Of a stretch of DNA of 20,000 nucleotides, positions 1 to 7,373 are shown one piece after another. Numbering within the stretch: the stretch's first letter is position 1; each line of letters opens with the position of its first letter. The DNA is taken from assembly GCF_002087085.1 (NCBI RefSeq), contig NZ_MWQY01000009.1, positions 170,558-190,557 of the forward strand, given 5' to 3'. The translations under genes and the position numbers were made by a program. Under the pieces are notes generated by a model, which saw only the letters and a list, made by a program, of their open reading frames with translations, made no database searches and was not told where the DNA came from.

Positions 1-82
1 GGAAAGGACAAAAGGAAATCAGTACCCGCCGCGCCCGACGATATGGCTGCCCCTGGGAATTGATGGTCGAAGAGTTCTGCAT
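1..82 (-). CDS. Possible 5' end of a gene running off the left edge (MQNSSTINSQGQPYRRARRVLISFCPF...)
   Basis: ATG at 82-80 opens a stop-free minus-strand frame to position 1, divergent from the PCD gene. Only 27 codons are visible, so no product can be assigned. Confidence 0.3.
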   Translation of the reverse strand, partial: MQNSSTINSQGQPYRRARRVLISFCPF

Positions 83-172
83 ATTCTCATTTTGGAACTC
101 TTAGACTTGCTAGTATATTAAAAATGACATGCCCGGTGCAGGTACAATTTTCTTTAAACGAGGAGGCAGAAC

Positions 173-532
173 ATGGACAAATTACATATGCAGCAGTGTA
201 AACCGTGCAGGGGAGATGAACCTGCACTGACACAGGACGAAATAGAATTATTCCTGGAGCAGGTTCCGGCTTGGAAGCTGTATCAGGCTCAGGAGGGCCC
301 CAGAATTACCCGCGGCTTCTCTTTTGACGATTTTTCCCAGGCGCTCTCGTTTACCGACAGGGTGGGTCAATTGGCCGAACAGCAGGGCCATCATCCCAGG
401 ATCACTACGGAATGGGGAAAAGTGGAGGTAAGCTGGTGGACCCATAAGATCAGCGGTCTTCATACAAACGACTTCATCATGGCGTCAAGAACGGACAAGC
501 TGTACGATGAATTTTCAGGAGCAGCTTCGTAA
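173..532 (+). CDS. phhB: Pterin-4-alpha-carbinolamine dehydratase (4a-hydroxytetrahydrobiopterin dehydratase, PCD/DCoH family)
   Basis: 119 aa. E-QQG-HHP-RITTE-W-x9-H-x8-D matches the PCD catalytic motif. It also has the C-terminal 'THKISGLHTNDFIMA' and N-terminal CKPC. A strong SD (GAGGAGG) precedes the ATG. Confidence 0.93.
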   Translation: MDKLHMQQCKPCRGDEPALTQDEIELFLEQVPAWKLYQAQEGPRITRGFSFDDFSQALSFTDRVGQLAEQQGHHPRITTEWGKVEVSWWTHKISGLHTNDFIMASRTDKLYDEFSGAAS

Positions 533-561
533 GCTGAAAAACCCACACCCTGTGTGAAGCA

Positions 562-634
562 CATCCTTTCGGCCTTCTGAGAGATATCGCAAGCGGAAGG
601 ATGGGGGCCCGGGAGCAGGAACTGGCTGGCCCCC
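562..634. terminator. Two adjacent GC-rich stem-loops between convergent genes (possible bidirectional terminator or 3'-end stabiliser)
   Basis: catcctttcg (562-571) pairs with cggaaggatg (594-603) with one G-U. gggggcc (603-609) pairs with ggccccc (628-634). There is no clear U-tract on either strand. Confidence 0.4.
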
Positions 635-642
635 TTCAAACG

Positions 643-1485
643 CTACTGATCCTTATCCATCAGCCTGCTCAGGCCCTTGTACGTGGAGACGAGGGAATGC
701 ACAACAACCTGGGAGTCCTTCAGGGAATCGAAGGTGCTCTCCAGGGTTGAGGTACCATCCATCAGCGCGGAACTCTCCTGCTCCAGGGCCGCGGAGATCT
801 CGCTTATGGCTTCTGCAAGTTTTCCTTCTTCCGCCTGGGTTTCACTGAAGCTTTGACGTACCTCGGATATATCGGTACTGAAATTTCCCAGGACCTGGGT
901 AAAGCGTTTGACATAATCGCTCATCTGCCCGATAAAAGTCGAAAACTCATTCAGGGAATCGGTGATCTCCCTGGTAAAGCGGGCGGTCTGTCCCGCCAGA
1001 TTTCGGACCTCCCCGGCTATAACCCGGAACCCCTTTCCAAACTCCCCTGCCCGGGCAGCCTCGATGGAAGCGTTAATGGCGAGGACATTGGTCTTTTCCG
1101 AAACATCCTGAATGGAAGTAGTGATAGACTTTATGGCTTCGGTACGTTTACGGACGTCGTCAAAGAGATTTTGCATCTCTCCCGAAACAGATCTTACTTC
1201 CACAATCTCATCCACCCGGCTCTGAAGTTCTCCGTCCAGTCGGCGGGTTTCGTGGATGATTTCGCCCATTTTCTGGTCAATACGACTCGTATTCTCTGAG
1301 ACATGCTGGGAAGTTGAACGGAACTCCTCGAAGGTTGTAACAATGGATTCCAGGGAATCCCGGATTGCGTCGATATCTTCGGTAATAATCTTCATGGACC
1401 GCTCGGTTATCTCACCAAGCATTACCGACTTGTTATATCCCAGAACTATCTTTCTGTTCGCTTTGGAGTCAATAAAATCATCCAC
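643..1485 (-). CDS. Cytoplasmic methyl-accepting chemotaxis protein (signalling domain only; no TM or sensor domain)
   Basis: Hairpin-tip motif '[33 protein letters not shown]' and heptad coiled coil throughout, with no hydrophobic segment. GTG start lies 3 nt after the upstream stop, with AGGAG inside the end of the upstream gene. Confidence 0.93.
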   Translation of the reverse strand: MDDFIDSKANRKIVLGYNKSVMLGEITERSMKIITEDIDAIRDSLESIVTTFEEFRSTSQHVSENTSRIDQKMGEIIHETRRLDGELQSRVDEIVEVRSVSGEMQNLFDDVRKRTEAIKSITTSIQDVSEKTNVLAINASIEAARAGEFGKGFRVIAGEVRNLAGQTARFTREITDSLNEFSTFIGQMSDYVKRFTQVLGNFSTDISEVRQSFSETQAEEGKLAEAISEISAALEQESSALMDGTSTLESTFDSLKDSQVVVHSLVSTYKGLSRLMDKDQ

Positions 1486-1488
1486 AGC

Positions 1489-2253
1489 TTACGCTCCTGT
1501 CAGGGACTTTAGATGGTCTATTCCACAATTCAGATTACCGAACCAGTCGTAAAATTTCCTGACAAGTTCACCCCGCATCATTGCGCCGTGTTGAGGAGCG
1601 AGAATAGAAACATCGAGTTTTCGACACATACTGATCCATCGAGCAGCCGCCTGGTTACTCCCCATGGCCCTTGCATGAAAGGGTTCCATGAGGCGCGTAT
1701 GGTTTTCAAAATCTTCCACCTCCGGATATTCCCTTCCCTCCGGGAAAACCGCGGTCCCGATATCACCGGAAAAAAGGATTTTCGACCTGGGATCGTAGAG
1801 AGAAAAGTTTCCTGCGGAATGAAGAAAATGGGCGGGTATCAGCTTAAGAGAAACAGAGCCGAGATTTATGCTTCCTCCCTCGTCCTCAAGGGGAGTGATT
1901 CTGCTCTGGTCCACCAGACCGAAGTGGGGTACGAAACGACGCCAGATATCGTGGATATACACCTGGGCCTTTGTTACACCGAGCCACAGCGCAATCCCCG
2001 AGGAGACGTCCGGATCCTGGTGAGAAAAGAAAATCGATTCCACATCATCAAGGCTGATAAAACGGCTGACAACGGATACTACCCGTGAAAAGAGATGAAC
2101 TCCCCCGGGATCAAGAAGTATCCCTTTACCGGAATTGACAATAAGATACTGATTGGTCTGAATCGCACCGGAAGATACATCTGCGTCCCATCCAAGCCAT
2201 ATTACTTTATGATCATTCTCCTCGTACAGCACGTAACCGCGGGTTGTATCCAT
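1489..2253 (-). CDS. Oxygen-binding di-iron protein (ODP)-like, metallo-beta-lactamase fold, no flavodoxin domain
   Basis: Motifs NQYLI, LLDPGG, SHQDPDV, AHFLHS, LFSGDIG and APQHG. About 254 aa, so it lacks the flavodoxin domain of flavodiiron proteins, and it is adjacent to a soluble MCP. Start revised from the ORF-track 2280 (GTG) to ATG 2253 because AGGAGG (2264-2259) sits 5 nt upstream. Confidence 0.85.
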   Translation of the reverse strand: MDTTRGYVLYEENDHKVIWLGWDADVSSGAIQTNQYLIVNSGKGILLDPGGVHLFSRVVSVVSRFISLDDVESIFFSHQDPDVSSGIALWLGVTKAQVYIHDIWRRFVPHFGLVDQSRITPLEDEGGSINLGSVSLKLIPAHFLHSAGNFSLYDPRSKILFSGDIGTAVFPEGREYPEVEDFENHTRLMEPFHARAMGSNQAAARWISMCRKLDVSILAPQHGAMMRGELVRKFYDWFGNLNCGIDHLKSLTGA

Positions 2254-2267
2254 CTGCACCTCCTGCA

Positions 2268-2281
2268 TGTGATTTGTCACA
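2268..2281. promoter_or_regulatory. Dyad TGTGA-N4-TCACA, candidate repressor operator at the predicted transcription start of the ODP-MCP pair
   Basis: The plus strand reads tgtga tttg tcaca, with perfect 5-bp arms. It lies between the predicted -10 box and the SD. Confidence 0.45.
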
Positions 2282-2286
2282 AGGCA

Positions 2287-2315
2287 ATTATGATTGAATT
2301 TACCGTATTATTCAA
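2287..2315 (-). promoter_or_regulatory. Sigma70-type promoter for ODP-MCP (TTGAAT-N17-CATAAT)
   Basis: -35 TTGAAT (2315-2310), 17-nt spacer, -10 CATAAT (2292-2287). It is overlapped by the dyad ATTGAAT-N10-ATTCAAT (2293-2316). Confidence 0.6.
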
Positions 2316-2321
2316 TAAATC

Positions 2322-3164
2322 CTAGGAAGAATGACCAGAATACAGTTGGATGAGATTCCCTGCCCGACGTTTCCAGGCTTCCCGTAACTCGGATCTGTGG
2401 CGGAGATAATCGTTGTCATCACTTTTTCTTTCCCGCCGAATAACATCCATTGCATCCACGAGCAGACCGGAGAAATAGTTGATCTTTTTCACTCCCCTGC
2501 GCACGGCTTCGCGTATGGCTTCATCCGGGACACCCGTTGCCCCATGAAGTACCAGGGGAACACCGGTTTCCCGGGCGATCCTTGATATAAGTTCCTGCTG
2601 AATTTCAGGCTCCGCTGTGTACAAACCGTGGGCAGTTCCCACAGCGACGGCCAGGGCGTCCACCCCGGTCTCGGCGCAGAATTCCCCTGCCTCCTGCGGA
2701 TCCGTATAAACGGCTCCCCTGGTGTCCACCAGTCCGGCCACCCCTTCGTCGCCAGGAAGCGGTCCAAGTTCAGCCTCGACAGAAGCGTTGAACAGACGGG
2801 CCCTCTGAACTATCCCTCGTGTAACTTCGACGTTTGCAGCGAAGGGTTTTCTGGAGGCATCGATCATTACCGAGGAGAACCCTGAATCCAGGGCTTCATC
2901 TATAATATCCAGATCCTCCGGACCCGCATGATCCAGGTGGAGGGCCGCAGGAATATCGGCTTCAACACACAGGGCTCGAATGGAGGGAATAAACAGACGG
3001 CCTCCCAGGGCCTTCCAGTGACGTACGGCTATCCCGATAATCACCGGCTGCCGGGCTTCTTCTCCCGCTTCAAGACAAGCCCGGGCCATTTCAAAATCGA
3101 CGCAGTTGAACGAGGCAATCGCTCCACGTGACTGTTCGAGCATTTCCTTGCAGTTTATCAGCAT
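2322..3164 (-). CDS. Class II (metal-dependent) ketose-phosphate aldolase, fructose/tagatose-bisphosphate aldolase family
   Basis: Motifs ALHLDH, GFSSVMIDAS, VEAELG, LAVAVGTAHG, PLVLHGATG and KIN. It overlaps the kinase stop by 7 nt (ATGCTGA). Confidence 0.92.
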   Translation of the reverse strand: MLINCKEMLEQSRGAIASFNCVDFEMARACLEAGEEARQPVIIGIAVRHWKALGGRLFIPSIRALCVEADIPAALHLDHAGPEDLDIIDEALDSGFSSVMIDASRKPFAANVEVTRGIVQRARLFNASVEAELGPLPGDEGVAGLVDTRGAVYTDPQEAGEFCAETGVDALAVAVGTAHGLYTAEPEIQQELISRIARETGVPLVLHGATGVPDEAIREAVRRGVKKINYFSGLLVDAMDVIRRERKSDDNDYLRHRSELREAWKRRAGNLIQLYSGHSS

Positions 3165-4720
3165 TTTCCACCCTCCTTGACTTCGGAGGCTTCCTTCGAG
3201 AAATCCTCCGCCGCGGCATATACATCACCTGTGTTCAAGGCATTATACAACGCTTCCCGTAAAAGAGCAGCCTTGCGATAAATATCGAAACGTGAAGAAT
3301 TCGGGTGAATATATCGATCCTCCCCGTCCCTGACCGAATCAAATGCCTTCTGATAGCTCTCTTCAACACCGAGACTGACCAGAGCGCTAATCAGGGCACC
3401 CCTGGAAGAAGCTTCGCTGCTGGGAGGAATACGAACGGTTGTTTCAAAGATGTCAGCCTGCATTTGATTAAAGAGCTCGAACCTTGTCAGTCCTCCGGCC
3501 ACACAGATTTCAGTCAATTCAGCGGGAATTATCTCCCGCATTCTCTTTAATCCCGCACCCATCTCCAGAACCAGGGATTCAAGCAGTGCCCGGGCAATAT
3601 CGGCCTTGGAATTGGCCAGGGTCAAATTAAAAATGGTTCCCTTTGCCAGAGGATTCCAGAACGGCGCGGCACTGCCCTTGAAATGAGGAAGAACGATCAC
3701 CCCGTGAGCCCCCGGGGGGGATTCCCGGACCAGCTGGTTCACTTTGAGAATATCCGCCTGTTCATTCTGCCTGCCCGTTTCTCCGAATTCGCCGGCGAAC
3801 CAGCTGTACAGGATTCCAGTGGTAAGAACCCCTGCTTCAACGACCCACTGTCCGGGGATGGCGGCTATGCTGCAGAGGGTTCTTGACTCCGGATGAAAGA
3901 GGGGCTCAGGCACCGGAGTAATCAGAAAAGAGCCGGTGCCGGTGTTAGCCTCCACGGATCCTGCCTCCAGGACTCCCATTCCCAGTGCGGCAACCTGCTG
4001 GTCTCCGCCTGCAAGAATTACGGGAGTCTTCCCTGGAAATGAGGTTTCTTTTGCAAGACCGGAGCTCAGATTTCCGATAATAGTTCCCGGAGAAGTCAGT
4101 TCCGGTAAACGATCCCTGTCAACAAAAGAGGCATCCAGCATCCGGCGGCTCCACTCCCGGTTGCTTACATCCAGAAGCATTGTACGGCAGGCCTGGGAAT
4201 AGTCGCTTACAAATCTGCCGGTAAGCACAAAGGCGACATAATCCTGCACCCCCAGGAATTTATGCGCCGCGGCATAGACATCGGGTTTATTATCCCGGTA
4301 CCACAGGATTTTTGGTGCGGAGAAGTAGGGATCGATTCTGAGCCCGGTTATTCTGTAGACATCCTCCGCAGAAACTTCCTTCCGGATCAGGTCGCACTGT
4401 CGTGAGGTGGTTTTATCCTGCCACATGAATACCTCATCCAGAGCTTTTCCAGCCCTGTCCACCGGTACAACCGAAGCCCGCTGGGATGTCACCGCAATGG
4501 CGAGAACCTCCGCATTATTGCTTACGGCATACTCACCGCAGGCGGAGAGAACATGGCGGATACCCCTGTCCCAGTCCTCAGTGGATTGCCGTACCCGACC
4601 ATCCTTATAAAAATTCGGGGAATATCCATGGGACTCTGAAACAAGTTCCTTTCCATTGAGCGTATATAAGGTTCCTCGGATGCTGGAGGTGCCGACATCC
4701 AGAGCACAAATTGTTTGCAT
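3158..4720 (-). CDS. FGGY-family carbohydrate kinase (xylulokinase/gluconokinase-like)
   Basis: Motifs LDVGTSSIR, MWQD, FSAPKILW, GGDQQ, TGTG, GSAAPFWNP, ALLES and AGG; 520 aa. Confidence 0.93.
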   Translation of the reverse strand: MQTICALDVGTSSIRGTLYTLNGKELVSESHGYSPNFYKDGRVRQSTEDWDRGIRHVLSACGEYAVSNNAEVLAIAVTSQRASVVPVDRAGKALDEVFMWQDKTTSRQCDLIRKEVSAEDVYRITGLRIDPYFSAPKILWYRDNKPDVYAAAHKFLGVQDYVAFVLTGRFVSDYSQACRTMLLDVSNREWSRRMLDASFVDRDRLPELTSPGTIIGNLSSGLAKETSFPGKTPVILAGGDQQVAALGMGVLEAGSVEANTGTGSFLITPVPEPLFHPESRTLCSIAAIPGQWVVEAGVLTTGILYSWFAGEFGETGRQNEQADILKVNQLVRESPPGAHGVIVLPHFKGSAAPFWNPLAKGTIFNLTLANSKADIARALLESLVLEMGAGLKRMREIIPAELTEICVAGGLTRFELFNQMQADIFETTVRIPPSSEASSRGALISALVSLGVEESYQKAFDSVRDGEDRYIHPNSSRFDIYRKAALLREALYNALNTGDVYAAAEDFSKEASEVKEGGKC

Positions 4721-4762
4721 TATGACCTCGAAAATTATGAGAAAATAGTATAGGTTTATAAT

Positions 4763-4828
4763 GGGAAGCGGCCACGATCGGTCGCATTGGTTGGCGCCTT
4801 TACGGACCGATCGCGGCTTGCCTTTCCC
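4763..4828 (-). other. Long intercistronic stem-loop between the GntP permease and the FGGY kinase
   Basis: On the minus strand GCCGCGATCGGTC (4817-4805) pairs with GACCGATCGTGGC (4783-4771): 13 bp with one G-U. It is extended by GGGAA/TTCCC outer arms and followed by an A/T-rich, non-poly-U tail. Confidence 0.6.
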
Positions 4829-4829
4829 G

Positions 4830-6173
4830 TTAAGCCAGTCCTGGAAGAATTCCGGAGAAAAGGCTTAATATCAGTATGATTACCAGTGCGGTTACACCGG
4901 CGATGGTGCCGCCCGCTGTCCACGACTTCAGCGTATCCTGTACACTGATGTTCGCGTATCTGGACACGACCCAGAAGCCGGAATCGTTGGGCAGTGAGAG
5001 ACCGACCCCTCCGGCACAGATTGCGAGCCCCACAAGAATCGGAGATACTCCCATACTCGCGGCAACAGGCCCAAGTATGGTGGATGTCGTAACCAGCGCT
5101 ACCGTTGTGGAACCGAGAGAAGAGCGGAGTATCTGGCTCAGAACAAATCCGAGTACTATCAGCGGCATATTCACATTCGTGAATATTTCCACCAGATAGT
5201 CCCCTATGCCCGTGCTCTTGATGACATTACCGAAGGAACCGCCGGCACCGGTTATCAGAAAAATCATACCCGCCGAACCGACAGCGGTAACAATAACTTC
5301 GTCGATGGACCGGGGAATGTATTTCTTGAGCGCCAGCATTGCAACAATCACGCCGATCAGGAGGGCGATATTCTTGTCGCCGATGAAACCGAAAAAGGTC
5401 AGTACGGGGCCATCACCCCTCAAAACCATTTTCATAATGCTGCCGAGAAGAATCAGAACGATTGGCAGGAGCAGAACGGAAATGGACAAACCTGCACTTG
5501 GCCTGTTGTCCGTATTCTTCAGCGCCACCTCTTCTTCCGGAATAACGTTGTTTTTGGCCCGCTTTCCCAGGAAAGTACCGAACAGGTATCCTCCGATAAC
5601 CGCCGAAGGAATTGAGACAATCAGCGAATACAGCAGAAAGAGGCCAAAATCAGCTCCCATGTTTCCAGCCACGGCAATCGGACCCGGTGTCGGGATAACG
5701 ATGGCATGGGTAACTATGAGACCTACTGCGAGGGCGGTAACATAGGTGATAAAGGGTATCCTGGTTCGCTGGGATAAACGCCGGATAAGAGGTTCAAAAA
5801 TAACGAAAGCGGCATCAAAGAAGACGGGGATAGATACCAGGTACCCGGCAAAGTTGATTGCCAGGGGCGATCGTTTATCGCCGACTTTATTCACCAGGGT
5901 ATGAGCAATCTGATCGGTGGCGTTGGCCTCGGCAAGTATCTGTCCGAGAACGATACCGAGACCGATAACAATACCTATCCCGGAAAGAGTCCCGCCAAAT
6001 CCCGAAGCAAGCGTACCGCCTATCTGGTCAATGGGCATACCGACCAGAAACCCGGTCAGAACGCCGCTTAAAAGCAATACGATAAAAGGATTCATACGGA
6101 ACGCCAGAATTGCCAACAGAACAAAGGCAATTGCCACAATAAAAATTACGAGCAATAAAGGGCCTGTAACCAT
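4830..6173 (-). CDS. GntP-family gluconate/sugar-acid:H+ symporter
   Basis: Highly hydrophobic, 447 aa. GntP motifs SIPVFFD, IPTPGP, ITGAGG.FG, LGSTTVA and NDSGFW. SD AAGGAGG upstream. Confidence 0.93.
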   Translation of the reverse strand: MVTGPLLLVIFIVAIAFVLLAILAFRMNPFIVLLLSGVLTGFLVGMPIDQIGGTLASGFGGTLSGIGIVIGLGIVLGQILAEANATDQIAHTLVNKVGDKRSPLAINFAGYLVSIPVFFDAAFVIFEPLIRRLSQRTRIPFITYVTALAVGLIVTHAIVIPTPGPIAVAGNMGADFGLFLLYSLIVSIPSAVIGGYLFGTFLGKRAKNNVIPEEEVALKNTDNRPSAGLSISVLLLPIVLILLGSIMKMVLRGDGPVLTFFGFIGDKNIALLIGVIVAMLALKKYIPRSIDEVIVTAVGSAGMIFLITGAGGSFGNVIKSTGIGDYLVEIFTNVNMPLIVLGFVLSQILRSSLGSTTVALVTTSTILGPVAASMGVSPILVGLAICAGGVGLSLPNDSGFWVVSRYANISVQDTLKSWTAGGTIAGVTALVIILILSLFSGILPGLA

Positions 6174-6256
6174 TTATTATTCCTCCTTATATAATCTCAA
6201 CAAAAGCACCTTTATACAGAACCTGTGCATTACCTCCTTCCATGTTTTTTTCTGGA

Positions 6257-7354
6257 TTAGCTCTGTATACCGGTAAGCCATTGTTTGAATTCAGAATTTT
6301 CGAGAATCTGCGGATTTACAATAAAGCGGGGCTTCCTGCCTTCAAGAAGTTTCTGTATATCTTCCATAAGCAGCCCCGGAGAACTGGTCAATGCTTCTTT
6401 TGTCGTTCCGGCAATATGGGTGGTGAGGGTAATATTATCCAGTTCCACAAATTTATCTTTCTCAGGAAGCGGCTCAGTGGGAAATACATCAAGTGCCGCA
6501 CCGGCTATTTTTTTTTCCTTCAGAACGGAGTAGAGGGCATCGTAGTCAACTAAGCCTGCACGTCCGGTGTTGATAAAATAGCTTTCCGGTTTCATCAGCG
6601 CGAATTCCTTACTGCCGATCATTCCCCTGTTCTCATCCGTCAGCCTGGCATGAACGGTGACAAAATCACTCTGCCTGAAAAGATCTTCCAGGCTTACCAG
6701 TTTCACTCCAAGTTCTCCGGCAATTTCCGGATTCACATAGGGATCGAAGGCCAGGATTTCAGTGTTGAAGCCTGAAAGCTTGCGGGCCACCAGCTGGCCG
6801 ATATAGCCGAAACCGACAATTCCTATTGTCTTCTCCTTCAGCTGGGGGACCATATCGGAATTGGAAAATGTTTTTCTCCACTCTCCCTGTTTTATTGCCA
6901 GGTGGGCCCGGGCAATATTACGGGATTCAGATAGCATCAATCCTACTGCAAAATCACTGACGGCTTCCGCGTTTCTGCCCTGTACATTGAAAACAAGAAT
7001 ACCCCGGCGGTTTGCTTCTTCGAGATTCACGTTCTCCAGACCGGCACGGCAGACCCCGGCTATTCGGAGATCAGGCAGAGCCTCCATCAGTTTGGACGAA
7101 ACAGGGACAAAGAGTCCCATGACAAGCTCTGCCTCCCGGTCTTCGGAACCAAGCATCTCAGGAACAATCTCGATCTCCGGTCCCTGTTTTTCAACTTCCA
7201 GTCTGCGAAACTGCAGCTTCTGCCAATCACTTTCCCAGTCGCCTGTTTTTACATCTTCAACATATTTTGCCAGGTAACGGTCAAAAGCGGGACGAAAATC
7301 CTTTCCCGGAATCATTGCGTCACCTATAATGCATGCTTTTTTTATCTTACCCAT
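6257..7354 (-). CDS. NAD-dependent D-isomer-specific 2-hydroxyacid dehydrogenase (resembles the YoaD-like subgroup)
   Basis: Rossmann GFGYIG followed by an acidic DP (NAD preference). Catalytic Arg (NTGRAG), Glu (TEP) and His (THIAG) are present, as is GVCRAG.ENV...GRNAEAV. There is no ACT domain. Confidence 0.92.
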   Translation of the reverse strand: MGKIKKACIIGDAMIPGKDFRPAFDRYLAKYVEDVKTGDWESDWQKLQFRRLEVEKQGPEIEIVPEMLGSEDREAELVMGLFVPVSSKLMEALPDLRIAGVCRAGLENVNLEEANRRGILVFNVQGRNAEAVSDFAVGLMLSESRNIARAHLAIKQGEWRKTFSNSDMVPQLKEKTIGIVGFGYIGQLVARKLSGFNTEILAFDPYVNPEIAGELGVKLVSLEDLFRQSDFVTVHARLTDENRGMIGSKEFALMKPESYFINTGRAGLVDYDALYSVLKEKKIAGAALDVFPTEPLPEKDKFVELDNITLTTHIAGTTKEALTSSPGLLMEDIQKLLEGRKPRFIVNPQILENSEFKQWLTGIQS

Positions 7355-7373
7355 CGTTCTGTCTCCTTACTCT

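Noticed and set aside
1489..2280. Reading the MBL-fold protein as a beta-lactamase or a flavodiiron NO/O2 reductase
   Set aside because: It has no HxHxDH or HxExDH motif and no flavodoxin domain. The motif and MCP linkage fit ODP better.
2268..2281. Calling the TGTGA/TCACA dyad a CRP or Rex box
   Set aside because: The spacer is 4 nt rather than 6, so it is kept only as an unassigned operator candidate.
6508..6516. T9 homopolymer (A9 on the coding strand); also C5G7 at 3709-3720
   Set aside because: Both reading frames are intact and the runs are short, so there is no evidence of phase variation or frameshifting.
6257..7354. Calling the dehydrogenase SerA
   Set aside because: It has no ACT/ASB domain and a different N-terminus, and it sits in a catabolic operon.
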